A stretch of 64,000 bases of DNA from an uncultured Nitrospiraceae bacterium. Lineage in GTDB: Bacteria; Nitrospirota; Nitrospiria; Nitrospirales; Nitrospiraceae. Numbering within the stretch: the first letter of the stretch is position 1; each line of letters begins with the position of its first letter. Below the pieces are notes generated by a model that was not told where the DNA came from, did not search any database, and saw only the letters and a list, made by a program, of their open reading frames with translations. This document shows positions 28,255 to 38,967 of this stretch, in pieces. Both the position numbers and the translations under genes were made by a program. The stretch is from NCBI GenBank assembly GCA_963706325.1, contig CAVPLT010000004.1:352001-416000 (forward strand). The letters run 5' to 3'.

Positions 28255-28800
28255 ATGCTGAAAAATAGTGACAGAATGACTCCGGACAGGGTGACGATTG
28301 AGCCGGCGACCGCGGAGGCGCTTGATGAGGTGTGGGCCATCGAACAGGCTTGCTTCTCTGCCCCCTGGACGCGCAAAATGTTGGCAGCTGAACTGTCTGG
28401 GAATCCATTTGCGCACTTCCTGCTGGCGAAGTGCCCCGATCCGCTGTCGGGGCCCCTCGTCATTGCAGGCTATTTTTGTTTTTGGATCGTCTTTGAAGAA
28501 GTGCGGTTGATGAACCTGGCGGTGCTGGCTCCCTTTCGTCGGCAAGGCGTCGCGACGCGGCTGGTCTGTAGGGCGCTGCGAACGGGGTTAGAGCGTGGGG
28601 CGAATCGGGCGATGCTGGAGGTTCGGATGTCGAATCAGGAGGCGCTGACGCTCTATGATCGGCTCGGGTTTCGGCACACGGCCACCAGGACTCGCTACTA
28701 CACACAGCCTGATGAAGATGCGGTGCTGATGGAGATGGCGCCGCTTCAATTAGGGATGCTTTGCGAGCCGCCAGTCGAGAGCACGGCTGGAGCCGAGTAA
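28255..28800 (+). CDS. rimI: Ribosomal-protein-alanine N-acetyltransferase
   Basis: IE..CF..PW, NLAV....RRQG.A, LEVR.SN..A..LY...GF, YY..P.EDA. Confidence 0.92.
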   Translation: MLKNSDRMTPDRVTIEPATAEALDEVWAIEQACFSAPWTRKMLAAELSGNPFAHFLLAKCPDPLSGPLVIAGYFCFWIVFEEVRLMNLAVLAPFRRQGVATRLVCRALRTGLERGANRAMLEVRMSNQEALTLYDRLGFRHTATRTRYYTQPDEDAVLMEMAPLQLGMLCEPPVESTAGAE

Positions 28801-28846
28801 CAGGATAACTGTCAATGGTCCGGTGTAGTCACCCAGGAGGTGCGAT

Positions 28847-29062
28847 ATGCAGGCTGAGACTGCGATCACTGATCGGTTACGGCAATCCAACACAGAATTC
28901 AGAACCCTTGAAGCGTCCCACCATCGCCTCGATACGGAGTTGGCGGATTTACAGCGACGACATGTCCTGACCCCTGCCGAAGAAGTGCTGAAGAAACAGT
29001 TACAAAAAGAAAAACTGGCCGCGAAAGACAGAATGGCCGAACTCATTCGCACCTCGCGTTAG
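28847..29062 (+). CDS. DUF465/YdcH-family small protein
   Basis: F..L...H..LD..L......LT..EE....L.KEKL..KD. Confidence 0.85.
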   Translation: MQAETAITDRLRQSNTEFRTLEASHHRLDTELADLQRRHVLTPAEEVLKKQLQKEKLAAKDRMAELIRTSR

Positions 29063-29132
29063 CGAGTGCCGGAGGGTTCCCCGGGGCCGGCCCCATCGCG
29101 GTGACCGGGAGCCTGACCATCGATCCAAATAC

Positions 29133-29906
29133 GTGATGCTCGCACCACTGGCCGCCCATATTCAGTCGCTCAAGAAGCGGCTACTGATCATCGCGGTGAC
29201 ATTGGGTGTCGCGTTCGCGACGGCCTTTGCCTACTCCTCAGAGATGGTCGCCTGGCTCAATCGCCCATTCCCTAACCAGCTTGTGTTCTATGGACCTACC
29301 GAAGCGCTGTTTGCGTCCATTAAAGTGTCGTTCCTGGCGGGCATCATCCTGAGCCTGCCGATGATTTTTTATCACGTGTGGAAGTTCATTGCTCCGGCGT
29401 TGCTTCCCAAAGAGCAGCGTTGGGCGATTCCCTTGTTTCTACTCGCCGCCTTTCTGTTTGGGCTGGGGCTGGTATTTTGTAACCTCGTGATCCTACCGCT
29501 GGTCATCGACTTCTTCGTCAGCTTCGGTATGGATCGCGATATTACCCCGGCGTTGGGCGTCGGTACGTATATCGATTTTAACGTCAAATTCCTTCTGATC
29601 TTCGGCTGCGCCTTCGAGTTGCCGCTGGTCCTGACCTTGTTGGCGCGGGCCGGCATCGTTTCGTCGGCGACGCTGGCGCATTATCGCAAACATGCCATCA
29701 TGGCAGCGCTGATCATTTCAGCCATCATCACACCGGATGCCACGTTGTTCACCATGCTGCTGATGGCGGTGCCACTGATGGTGCTGTATGAGATCGGCAT
29801 TATCGGCGCGAAGATATTTGGGCGGGCAGCCGGGCCGACGACCGGCATGAATTTGCCGCTGGATCCTGATATACCGATAGGGACTGCCGGCCATCGAGTC
29901 CGTTAA
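29133..29906 (+). CDS. tatC: Twin-arginine translocase subunit TatC
   Basis: PL..H...L..RL, P.E.....KV, WKFIAPAL...E, AFELP, AIITPD, P...LYE. Confidence 0.93.
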   Translation: MMLAPLAAHIQSLKKRLLIIAVTLGVAFATAFAYSSEMVAWLNRPFPNQLVFYGPTEALFASIKVSFLAGIILSLPMIFYHVWKFIAPALLPKEQRWAIPLFLLAAFLFGLGLVFCNLVILPLVIDFFVSFGMDRDITPALGVGTYIDFNVKFLLIFGCAFELPLVLTLLARAGIVSSATLAHYRKHAIMAALIISAIITPDATLFTMLLMAVPLMVLYEIGIIGAKIFGRAAGPTTGMNLPLDPDIPIGTAGHRVR

Positions 29907-29942
29907 CGTATCGCCAACGATGTGCGTAAGGAGGGTCCGGCC

Positions 29943-31019
29943 ATGACGCGTCACCTACTGGTCTTGACGGCACTGGCCCTTGGTTGTCTGCAGGGAATCG
30001 CTCACGGAGTGTCGGCTCCGAGCGGGAACGCAGGCAGTGGTGCTCCGGGGCTGGAGCAGGCTCACCCCGGCGCAGATCCTGCCGGACCGGCCGATATCGG
30101 TAATACGAGTATTCAGGCGTTAGCCGTTGGAACCGGAGGAGTCGTCTATGCGGGGTCATTCGGGATGGGCATTTTTCGAAGCGCGGATCGAGGCGATACC
30201 TGGTCGTCGGTCAACGACGGACTGACGGATCCCTTCGTGCTCTGTCTCACCACGGCGAAAGACGGCGCCATTTATGCGGGCACGTTTCGCGGTGGTGTGT
30301 TCCGGTCGCGTGACGCGGGTAAGAGCTGGCACCCGGTCAACAAAGGACTCAAGCGTTTGGAAATCAAAGCATTGATGATGGATTCGAAAGGGCTGTATGC
30401 CGGTACTGGCGACGGCGTGTATCTGCTGAATGCCGCGCAGGATCAATGGAAAGTCGTGACCACCGGCCTGGATGAGATTTTGGTGCATGCGCTGGCGCGG
30501 ACCACCGACGGCACCTTGTACGCCGGCACCTCCGGCAAAGGGATCCATAGTTACAAGGAGCGCACGCCCGGATGGACGCGTCTCCGGCAAGGATTGCGTG
30601 ATCATGAAGGATTGGTGGAGAACTTTATCCGCGTGCTGGCGGTGGACAAGGAACAGGGCGTGTATGCCGGCACGTTCGACGGCGGCGTCTTTCGCAGCGG
30701 CGACGGCGGAAAGACCTGGTTGCCGATCAGCCGGGCCTTGCCGAACGATTCGATTCGCGGGCTCATCAGCAACGACCGTGGGGTCTACGTGGCGACGGGC
30801 CGGGGAATTTTTAAATCCGTCGACAAAGGCAGGCAATGGATGCCTTTGAATAAGGGACTCGGCAATTTGTCGATACAAGTGCTGATCGAGGGCGAAAAAG
30901 GCGGCTTCTACGCCGGCACCAGTTCAGGCGTCTTTCGCAGCGATGATGATGGCCTCACCTGGACGGCGGTGAGTCAAGGGTTGGAAGGGGAAACTATAGC
31001 GCCCTTCCGATTTAACTGA
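29943..31019 (+). CDS. Exported beta-propeller protein (BNR/Asp-box repeats)
   Basis: Signal peptide; repeated YAGT..GG.FRS.D.G..W...N.GL units. Confidence 0.88.
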   Translation: MTRHLLVLTALALGCLQGIAHGVSAPSGNAGSGAPGLEQAHPGADPAGPADIGNTSIQALAVGTGGVVYAGSFGMGIFRSADRGDTWSSVNDGLTDPFVLCLTTAKDGAIYAGTFRGGVFRSRDAGKSWHPVNKGLKRLEIKALMMDSKGLYAGTGDGVYLLNAAQDQWKVVTTGLDEILVHALARTTDGTLYAGTSGKGIHSYKERTPGWTRLRQGLRDHEGLVENFIRVLAVDKEQGVYAGTFDGGVFRSGDGGKTWLPISRALPNDSIRGLISNDRGVYVATGRGIFKSVDKGRQWMPLNKGLGNLSIQVLIEGEKGGFYAGTSSGVFRSDDDGLTWTAVSQGLEGETIAPFRFN

Positions 31020-31036
31020 GCAGGAAAGGATATGAG

Positions 31037-31546
31037 ATGACGGCACAACCGGGTTCCACACAAGCGACCATCAGCGTGACATCGAAGAATGAGCCGTGGG
31101 GCCAGATCGTGCTCCGCTTGTTCGCCGACGTCGCGCCTAACCATGTGAAGAATTTTGTCGATCTGGCGAAGCAGGGGTTCTACGACGGCACCACGTTCCA
31201 CCGAGTGATTCCGGGGTTTATGATCCAGGGCGGCGATCCGAACAGCAAGAATTCAGACCGAGGCTCGCATGGCATGGGCGGTCCGGGGCACAAGGTGAAG
31301 GCGGAGTTCAGCAGCAAGCCGCACAAGCGCGGCACCGTGTCCATGGCGCGCGCGAATGATCCGGACAGCGCGGGATCACAGTTTTTTATCTGCGTGAACG
31401 ACGCGAATTTTTTGGATTGGCAATATACGGTCTTCGGAGAAGTGCAGAGCGGCCTGGAAGTCGTCGATAAGGTGGTCGGGGTCAAGCGCGACGGGCGGGA
31501 CAATCCATTGGAGCGCGTCGAAATGACGGTGACGATCACCGAATAG
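31037..31546 (+). CDS. Cyclophilin-type peptidyl-prolyl isomerase
   Basis: FYDGTTFHRVIPGFMIQGGDP, SMARA..PDSAGSQFFI, YTVFG. Confidence 0.97.
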   Translation: MTAQPGSTQATISVTSKNEPWGQIVLRLFADVAPNHVKNFVDLAKQGFYDGTTFHRVIPGFMIQGGDPNSKNSDRGSHGMGGPGHKVKAEFSSKPHKRGTVSMARANDPDSAGSQFFICVNDANFLDWQYTVFGEVQSGLEVVDKVVGVKRDGRDNPLERVEMTVTITE

Positions 31547-31586
31547 CGTGAGGGTATGCCGTGAAGTGCCAGGAGCGCATATCGCA

Positions 31587-32312
31587 ATGAGCGTAGCCCG
31601 GCTCTTCCTGCGCTTCACGTGTCACGTTTTACTAGGGATAGTCCCGTGCCTCTGGGTTGCCGGCTGCGCCATTCCGCAAGTGCCCTCACGCACGGTGTAT
31701 GAAGATCCCGTCAACTTTGTCAGACTTGAAATAGATGACAATGTGCTGCCGGAATGGCCGCCTGGCCATTTCAGCCATCCAGTTCGCCTGTCGCCCGTGC
31801 AGGTGCGGCGAGTCCTCATGGGGCTCACGGTACAGGAGCATCGAGCCGCGGTGCAACGCTGGATTGGTGACGACTCACGGCGGCTTCCGATGTTTCACGA
31901 TGCGGAGATTGTGACGCTGGTGCCGCAGTTGGTGGAAGCGCTACGCATGGCTCGTGACAACGAGCGCGTGACGTACTATATGAGCCAGCCGCAAACGTCG
32001 GTGAAGCGCATCATTACCTCGGGCGGGCTCTATGTCAGAGGCAGCAATCTTCACTTCATTTTGGGAAATTGGCAGACGGTGTATGGAATCCCGGCTTACG
32101 GCATGATCTACGATCGGCGCTACCCCATGAATCCCATTGTCTCCAAAGGATTCGATTTATTCTTCGATCTCGACGAGGCCCTGATTCGTCAGGGTAGCAG
32201 TCTGTGGGACTCTCTTTTGGCCAACACCAAAGACGAAATCGTCATTGACCTCGACAAAGTTTTTCCCGGCCACCCCATTGAGCCACTGCCGGTGCAAGCA
32301 GCAGAACGCTGA
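31587..32312 (+). CDS. Hypothetical lipoprotein
   Basis: RBS AGGAG; lipobox VAGC. Confidence 0.75.
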   Translation: MSVARLFLRFTCHVLLGIVPCLWVAGCAIPQVPSRTVYEDPVNFVRLEIDDNVLPEWPPGHFSHPVRLSPVQVRRVLMGLTVQEHRAAVQRWIGDDSRRLPMFHDAEIVTLVPQLVEALRMARDNERVTYYMSQPQTSVKRIITSGGLYVRGSNLHFILGNWQTVYGIPAYGMIYDRRYPMNPIVSKGFDLFFDLDEALIRQGSSLWDSLLANTKDEIVIDLDKVFPGHPIEPLPVQAAER

Positions 32313-32341
32313 ATCTTTCTGGCTGGCTTTGAAGGAATACC

Positions 32342-33781
32342 TTAGTTAGGGGTCTCATGCGGGCTCTCCGTACGACCGAGGGTCGCAATCGGACCGCCGG
32401 CTGCGGTGGAGCGGCTCAATAAGAGAATCCGGCCGGTATCGTCGCCCTGAGACGTGTAGGCCAGCGTGACCTCCGCAATCTTGTAATCGTATTGCATCTC
32501 AGCTAAGCGTGTTTGCGCCGCCGTGACCGCCACTTCCGACTGGGTCACTTCCACCACTGTTCCCAGCCCCAATTTGTACCGCTGCTTTGAAAGTTGTAAC
32601 GCTTCTTCGGCGGTTCTCATCTGTTCCTCCGCCAATTTGATTTGTTGGGCGAACGTGACGGTATCGAGGTAGGCGTTGGTGACCTGCTGGGTCAGCGCCT
32701 GTTCGATGTTGCTGGTCGCGGCCGATGCCGCTTGGCGATTGGCGGTCGCCTCAACAACTTGGTTCTCGATCAAAAATCCCGTGAATAGGGGCATGGAGAC
32801 CAAGGCGCCGGCCATCCACCATCCTCCGGTTTGCTGGTTCTGCCGTGGATCGAAGGGATCGAAGGTGCCGCCGCTGGCGATGGCCGACACCGTCGGCAGG
32901 TACTGGCGTTTGGTCGCAGTCAGTCTCGCATCGGCGGAAGCGGTCTGTTCTTTTGCGCGTTTCACTTCCGGGTGTGACAGACTCTCATTGATCAGACTCT
33001 CCAAGGTTTTCTGCGGTCGCACGTCCACGGAGATGTTCTCAAGCACATAGTCGTCCGTCCCGGCAATGCCCATGGTCCGATTTAAATCGGCGAAGCTGGA
33101 TTTCAAATCGTTCCGGCTCCGTACTAATAAAGATTGCGCATTCACGAGCTCGACATAGGCCAGATCGAAATCAAGCTTGGACTTCAGTTGCTGACGATAG
33201 AGCGTTTCAATCTGGGCGGCGATTTGACCGCGTTCGCGGACTGTTTCTTCCGCAATCTGCACCAACCGACGCCGCTTCAAGCCGGTCAGATAGGCGCGTT
33301 GCACGTACAGCAGCACCAGGGCGCGCCTCGCGCTGACATCCTGCCCCAGCGCGCGCTCGGCCAGTTTGTTCGACTCGATCAAGTTGCTGGTATACCCGAA
33401 ATCGTAAATGCGTTGGTTGGCGATCACGCCGCCGGTAAAGGTGGATTGGTTTTCCCGAAGTAGACCGCCGCCCACAAGGAAGCGAGGGTTGCTGACGCCG
33501 GCGCCCGCTACGGTGTTGGCGTTGGCGTAGACCTGGGGATAATAGAGGGAGCGCGCCTGTTCGGTGCGGGCTTCCGATGCTTTGAGGTTAGCGGCGCCTT
33601 CTAAAAGCATCGGGTGATTCTTGACCGCAATCTCGACGGCCTGCTGTACGCCGAGAAAACTGCCGTGAGATAACGCGACTGGCCTGTCAGCCTCGGCAGC
33701 CTGCGAGGCGGAGGCAAGGGCTTGCGCCACAGCCAGAACGACCATCGTCATGTATGTGGTCCGATGCAACGAGCGTCTCAT
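32342..33781 (-). CDS. TolC-family outer membrane efflux protein
   Basis: Signal peptide; two OEP repeats (YYP.V, YLP.V, RYKLG). Confidence 0.92.
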   Translation of the reverse strand: MRRSLHRTTYMTMVVLAVAQALASASQAAEADRPVALSHGSFLGVQQAVEIAVKNHPMLLEGAANLKASEARTEQARSLYYPQVYANANTVAGAGVSNPRFLVGGGLLRENQSTFTGGVIANQRIYDFGYTSNLIESNKLAERALGQDVSARRALVLLYVQRAYLTGLKRRRLVQIAEETVRERGQIAAQIETLYRQQLKSKLDFDLAYVELVNAQSLLVRSRNDLKSSFADLNRTMGIAGTDDYVLENISVDVRPQKTLESLINESLSHPEVKRAKEQTASADARLTATKRQYLPTVSAIASGGTFDPFDPRQNQQTGGWWMAGALVSMPLFTGFLIENQVVEATANRQAASAATSNIEQALTQQVTNAYLDTVTFAQQIKLAEEQMRTAEEALQLSKQRYKLGLGTVVEVTQSEVAVTAAQTRLAEMQYDYKIAEVTLAYTSQGDDTGRILLLSRSTAAGGPIATLGRTESPHETPN

Positions 33782-33792
33782 GGGTGGTCTCC

Positions 33793-35082
33793 CTATTTCT
33801 TTTGTGTTGAGGGCGATGAGGTCTCGGCGGTCGAGCGTGGCGGGGGGCCGCCGGGCCCGCGCCGTTCGAATTTCTGTTTTGACAGCGTGGCCTCAGGCAA
33901 ATTGAACGGCGACACCCGGACCGGTGTGCCTTCCAAAAGTTTGCGTTTGCCGACGACGACGATGTCCTCATCGCCTCGCAAGCCGGAGGTGATTTCGATC
34001 CAACGGCCGTCGCTGATGCCGGTCTGTACTGGCACCGACGTGGCCTTGCCCTGTTCGACGATGAAAACGGATTTGCCCTTTTGCGTGCTGATCACCGCCT
34101 GGGGGGGCACGACCAACGCTTGCGGAATCTCCCGTAACCCGAGCGACACCTGGGCGAAGGTGCCGGGCCTGAGCGCGTGGTCAGCGTTGGGGAGATCAAT
34201 TTCAATCAGCAGGCTGCGGGTTGCGGGATCAAGCGCAAGCGTCGAGCGGGTGATGGTGCCGGTAAAAGATCGCGCGGGCAATTCCGTGACCTCGACCGAG
34301 GCTCTGGTCTTGCCGGGAACAATCCAGGGGCTGTCGTCTTGCGGCACGTTGGCATAGACGCGGACGGTGTCGAGGTCCATGATCGTGAACAGCGGGAGTG
34401 CCGTGGTGGCCGACGACGTGGCGATCTGAATCAACGCGCCGGGATCGGCAAAACGCGCGGTGACGATGCCGCCGTAGGGCGCGCGCACTTTGGTGTAGTC
34501 GCGCATGATCACGCGCTGCTCCATGAGATGCCTGGCCCCTTGGTACGTGGCTTCGGCGACGTCGACATCCTGCTTGGCGATGACATCCGGCGATTCATTC
34601 CAGACCTTGGCCAGACGCTCATAGGTCAATTTCTTGATCTTGAAGTCCGACACCGCCTGCTGATACTGCTCTTCCACTTCCGGCGCGTCGATGATCGCCA
34701 CAACTTGATTTTTGCTCACCCGGTCGCCCTTGTCGGGGCCGATCCATTTTAGATACCCGGAAACCTTGGCGTACAGGGTGGTTTGGTAGAACGGCGAAAT
34801 GTTCGCCGGGAGGGTAATCGTGTACACCAGGTCGCGCCTGGTCGCTTTTGCGGCCTGCACGTCAACCGGCTCGCTATCGGGTAGCGCGAGCGTTTCCTCG
34901 ACCGGCAGGGGCGCGGCACCGGCTGTGGGGGAGCCAGCGGGAACCGGCTGTCCGACCTCGTGGATGGTGCGCCAATAGAGGAGTCCGCCGATCACCAGGG
35001 CGAGCACGATCGCGATGCCGATCCAGCGGGCGGTCCGACCTGTGCCCCTGATCGGGCGGGGAGTCGTTGACGGTTCGTCCAT
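33793..35082 (-). CDS. RND efflux periplasmic adaptor (MFP)
   Basis: N-terminal TM, AKVSGY, D.GD.V, VRAPY.G.V, LRPG.F; start overlaps the permease stop (TAATG). Confidence 0.93.
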   Translation of the reverse strand: MDEPSTTPRPIRGTGRTARWIGIAIVLALVIGGLLYWRTIHEVGQPVPAGSPTAGAAPLPVEETLALPDSEPVDVQAAKATRRDLVYTITLPANISPFYQTTLYAKVSGYLKWIGPDKGDRVSKNQVVAIIDAPEVEEQYQQAVSDFKIKKLTYERLAKVWNESPDVIAKQDVDVAEATYQGARHLMEQRVIMRDYTKVRAPYGGIVTARFADPGALIQIATSSATTALPLFTIMDLDTVRVYANVPQDDSPWIVPGKTRASVEVTELPARSFTGTITRSTLALDPATRSLLIEIDLPNADHALRPGTFAQVSLGLREIPQALVVPPQAVISTQKGKSVFIVEQGKATSVPVQTGISDGRWIEITSGLRGDEDIVVVGKRKLLEGTPVRVSPFNLPEATLSKQKFERRGPGGPPPRSTAETSSPSTQKK

Positions 35083-38000
35083 TAAATTTCCTCCGAGGTC
35101 GCGCCGACCGTCGATGAGCGCGGTACACGTTCGCGGCGATAAAGCACGAGACAATGCAGCACCGGCACAACGAGCAGTGTCATGATCGTACTCACCGCCA
35201 ACCCGCCGACCACGGCACGCGCCAAGGGCACCATGGTTTCGTTCCCTTCACCGAAACCGAGCGCCAGCGGTAAGAGACCGAGAATCGTGGCCAGCGCGGT
35301 CATCAGAATCGGCCGGATACGTCGACGACCTGCTTCCAACACGGCATGTTCAGCCGTGGCTCCATGACGGACCATGCGATTCGCGAAATCCACGAGCAAG
35401 ATGCTGTTCGACACCACGATACCCATCATCATGAGCGTGCCGATCATCGATTCGACGTTCACCGAGGTGTTCGTCAAATGCAGGGTCAAGACCGTACCAA
35501 TCCATCCCAGCGGCACGGCCACTAGAATGATCAACGGATCGATGAAGGATCGAAACAATGCGACCATGACCAGGTAGATCAGCACCACGGCAAGGGGCAA
35601 AGCCAGCGCGAAATTCTGGATGGCTCCGCGCATGTTAGCCACTTCCCCGCGTAGCTGCACGGTCACGTCTTTGGGCAAAGTGACACCGGCCAATGTGTGT
35701 TCGATGTCTTTGGCGACCCGGCCGAGGTCGTTTCCGACCGGGGTTACCAGCACGTTGATCAAGCGCGACAAATCATAATGGTCCACAGAATCGGGGCCGG
35801 TTTTGAATTTCAGCGAAGCCACGTCCCGCAATAGAAGCGGCGGCCCGCGCCGATCGTCGCCCGACGCGTAATAGCCGCTCGTGAGTTCCATCTGCCGACC
35901 GGCGAACGGCGTGTTCTGCAATGCCAAGGTCGAACCTTGCATGCCGCCGCCCGTGAGGCTGGCGGTCGGCAATAATGGCGTCCGTGCGCCGATGATGGGA
36001 ATATTCAGCAAGTCTTCGGTCGTGGTCAGAGATTGTTCAGGATATTGCGCCAGCAGGAAATACCCGTTCGCGGTCTTCGGGTCCAGCCAATAGTTTGGAG
36101 AAAGAGCGAGATTCGAGCTAATGCCGGTGATCACGTCGACGACAACACGGTTCTGGTTAATACCGTAATAGGCGGCTTTGGTCCGATCCACATCGATGTG
36201 CAATTCGGGATAACTTTTCCCCTGCTTGATGCGCACGTCGACGGTATTGGGGACCTGGGCGATTCGTTGCTGGATTTGTTCTGCTACCGGCCTGATGATA
36301 TCGAGGCTGGGGCCCTTCACTTGAATATCAATCGGCGCCTTCAGACCAAAGTTCAACACATCGCCGATGATGCCGCCGGTTTGGAATGCGACTTCTACAC
36401 CGGGAAGATCCGACTGGAGTTTTTGACGTAATGCCGCAATGTAATCTTCGGTGCGACCTTCGTGGCCGGTCAGTAGATTCACGAGGATAAAGGCCGTATG
36501 GTTCCCTGTGTTCGGCGCGAACCGCGCGGCATCTCCGAAATAGAGACCAGTGTTGGAGATGACCTCTTCCAAGTCCGACTTCGGAATAACCTCCTGCACC
36601 AACCCTTCGATTTGCGTCACGATGGCTGTGGTCTTCTCGATCCGCGATCCTTCGGGAGCTGTGACCAGCATCGTGAAATTGCCTGCGTCGATTTTGGGAA
36701 AGAACTCGGTATGGAGGTGAGGGATCAATAACAGGCCTGTGCCGAGCAAGGCGATGGCGGCGAGACCAATGACAACCGCCTTGAAGCGTACACCCGCCTG
36801 TAGCAACGGGTCGTAGACCGCCAGCACATACCGAAACCAGCCTTGATTAGCCGACGACTCTTCTTCAGCTTTTTTGCCGTGGCCGACTCGGTAGAGCCAA
36901 GCCAGCAAAACGGGCGTGACCGACATGGAGACGACATAGTCCGCCAGCATGGCGAAGGCGACCGTCATCGCCAGCGGCACGAAGAGGTACTTGACGATGC
37001 CGGTAAAAAACATGATGGGCAGGTACACGATCAGGATGCAAATGGTCGCGACGAGAATCGGCAGCGTGAGTTCCGTGGCGCTATCCTCCGCCGCCGAGCG
37101 CCCATCTTTGCCCATCTCCAAGTGGCGGTGGAGGTTTTCCTGCACCACGATATTGTTATCGAGCAAGGTCCCGATGACTAGCGCCAGTCCGCCCAGAGTC
37201 ATGATGTTCACGCTTTGCCCGGTCAGATAGAGCGCGACGAGTGCAGCGGTGAGCGAAAGGGGAATCGCCAGGCCTACCACCAGCGCCGCCTTCACGCTCG
37301 CCAAGAAGATGAAAATCATCAAGCCGGCGAGTCCGGCGCCGAGCAGACCTTCTTTCTGCAAGTTGGCGATGGCCTGGCGGATGTACAACGACTGGTCATA
37401 CAGAAACTTCACCGTGGTGCCGGATGGAATTTCCGTGAGCTTCGTGAGCTTGGCGCGGATGCCGTCGGTGACCTCCAGCGTGTTGGCGCCTTCCTGCCTG
37501 GTTATCGGAATGTAGGTTGCTTCGCGACCGTTCACCCGCACGATCGAGGTCTGGACCGCGGCGCTGTCGGCGGCGGTGCCGATGTCACGGATCAGCACCG
37601 GGGTCCCATTCACAATCTTGATCGGTATGTCGTTGATCTTGTCCACCACGTCGATGAGGCTGTTGGAATAAACGAAATAGTCGAGGTCCCCGAGTTTGAC
37701 GTTGCCGGCCGGAATGATCGCACTTTGCGAATTGAGCGCCGTCACCACATCGGATGGAGAGATCCCCCGCGCGAGCAGTCGTTGCTGATCGAGAAAGACG
37801 GTGATCTGCCGGACTTTTCCACCCAGCGGAGGGCCGAAGGAAATCCCGGGGACGCTGGCGATTTGCCCCCGCACCGTGAAGTAGGCCAAATCGCGGATTT
37901 CCTTCGCGCCCAGTGAATCGCTGGCCACGGAGAGTAGCCCGATCGGAAGGCTGGACACGCCGAACTTGAACACGGAAGGAGGATAGACGCCGGGTGGCAA

Positions 38001-38351
38001 GGTTCGAATCACGCTATAGGCCAGGCTCGTCAGCTCGGATTGGGCCGCATCGATACCGTAGTCCGGTTGGAAAAAGACTTTGATATAGCTCATTCCGGCG
38101 AGCGATTGCGATTCGATGTGTTCGACGTAACTTGCCTCCACGAAGCGCTGTTCCAGCCGGAACGTGATGGCGCCTTCCATTTCACTCGGGCTCAGGCCTC
38201 GGTAAAACGTGGTGACGAGAATCGAGGGCAGTTTGATCTCGGGAAATATGTCTACCCGCATCTTCTGATACGAGACGCCTCCCAAGATCAACGCGATCAT
38301 GCAGAGCGCAAATACGGCGTAGGGATTTTTGAGAGCGGCGCGCGTCAGCAT
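35082..38351 (-). CDS. RND efflux permease (AcrB/CusA family)
   Basis: 1089 aa; DIFPEI, N.MTLGGLAL.IG.L.D..IVV.EN, R.RPILMT. Confidence 0.96.
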   Translation of the reverse strand: MLTRAALKNPYAVFALCMIALILGGVSYQKMRVDIFPEIKLPSILVTTFYRGLSPSEMEGAITFRLEQRFVEASYVEHIESQSLAGMSYIKVFFQPDYGIDAAQSELTSLAYSVIRTLPPGVYPPSVFKFGVSSLPIGLLSVASDSLGAKEIRDLAYFTVRGQIASVPGISFGPPLGGKVRQITVFLDQQRLLARGISPSDVVTALNSQSAIIPAGNVKLGDLDYFVYSNSLIDVVDKINDIPIKIVNGTPVLIRDIGTAADSAAVQTSIVRVNGREATYIPITRQEGANTLEVTDGIRAKLTKLTEIPSGTTVKFLYDQSLYIRQAIANLQKEGLLGAGLAGLMIFIFLASVKAALVVGLAIPLSLTAALVALYLTGQSVNIMTLGGLALVIGTLLDNNIVVQENLHRHLEMGKDGRSAAEDSATELTLPILVATICILIVYLPIMFFTGIVKYLFVPLAMTVAFAMLADYVVSMSVTPVLLAWLYRVGHGKKAEEESSANQGWFRYVLAVYDPLLQAGVRFKAVVIGLAAIALLGTGLLLIPHLHTEFFPKIDAGNFTMLVTAPEGSRIEKTTAIVTQIEGLVQEVIPKSDLEEVISNTGLYFGDAARFAPNTGNHTAFILVNLLTGHEGRTEDYIAALRQKLQSDLPGVEVAFQTGGIIGDVLNFGLKAPIDIQVKGPSLDIIRPVAEQIQQRIAQVPNTVDVRIKQGKSYPELHIDVDRTKAAYYGINQNRVVVDVITGISSNLALSPNYWLDPKTANGYFLLAQYPEQSLTTTEDLLNIPIIGARTPLLPTASLTGGGMQGSTLALQNTPFAGRQMELTSGYYASGDDRRGPPLLLRDVASLKFKTGPDSVDHYDLSRLINVLVTPVGNDLGRVAKDIEHTLAGVTLPKDVTVQLRGEVANMRGAIQNFALALPLAVVLIYLVMVALFRSFIDPLIILVAVPLGWIGTVLTLHLTNTSVNVESMIGTLMMMGIVVSNSILLVDFANRMVRHGATAEHAVLEAGRRRIRPILMTALATILGLLPLALGFGEGNETMVPLARAVVGGLAVSTIMTLLVVPVLHCLVLYRRERVPRSSTVGATSEEI

Positions 38352-38776
38352 GAGGGGATTGCCATTCGCTGGGTGCAGTTATGTTCGATCCAGAATTTCC
38401 AAAGATGCAGGGACAGGGTCACAAGGTCGTCAAAACGGTCGGGCTTTACTACGTAACCGTTCGCCCCCGCTTGGTAGCAGGCGCGAATATCCAGGGTGTC
38501 GTCGGAGCTCGTAAGCATCACGATCGGAATATGCCCGTAACGCGGATTCTGCTTGAGCTGCCTCAGCACATCGACACCGCGTTCGCCCTGCAATTTAAGA
38601 TCGAGCACAATGAGCGCCGGCTCACTGCTTTGGGGGAGCAAGTTAAGTTGCGTCAACGCGCCCAGATGGTCGTGCGTTACTTCCAAGCGGCCCTGGTACC
38701 CCGCCTGCGTCAGCGCCTGGCGAAGCAGTTCGCACTCGCCGGGGCTATCGTCGATGAGGAGAATGGTTGAAAGCAT
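38345..38776 (-). CDS. Single-domain response regulator (Rcp/CheY-like)
   Basis: ILLIDD, IVLDLKL, IPIVMLTSS, Y..GANGYVVKP. Confidence 0.9.
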   Translation of the reverse strand: MLSTILLIDDSPGECELLRQALTQAGYQGRLEVTHDHLGALTQLNLLPQSSEPALIVLDLKLQGERGVDVLRQLKQNPRYGHIPIVMLTSSDDTLDIRACYQAGANGYVVKPDRFDDLVTLSLHLWKFWIEHNCTQRMAIPSC

Positions 38777-38931
38777 GGCACACGAGTCCAATGATTCTGA
38801 TAGGAAAGAGAGCAGGAATTATGCCGGAGAAGATCTCGAGTGCAGCATCCCCAAATTGCCGAGAAGTGCCACTTAATTTTGCAAGTCCTGGTGTGAAGGC
38901 GACTAGGACGCCTTGTTAGTCGACGCGGAGG

Positions 38932-38967
38932 CTGGAGAAATGCCCTAGACCTAGGGAGTTTCTCCAG
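38932..38967. promoter_or_regulatory. 17-bp imperfect inverted repeat in a divergent intergenic region (putative operator)
   Basis: CTGGAGAAATGCCCTAG-AC-CTAGGGAGTTTCTCCAG (15/17 paired). Confidence 0.5.

Noticed and set aside
29943..31019. Repeated sequence units that might suggest a DNA repeat array
   Set aside because: They are protein-level beta-propeller blades, not CRISPR or tandem DNA repeats.
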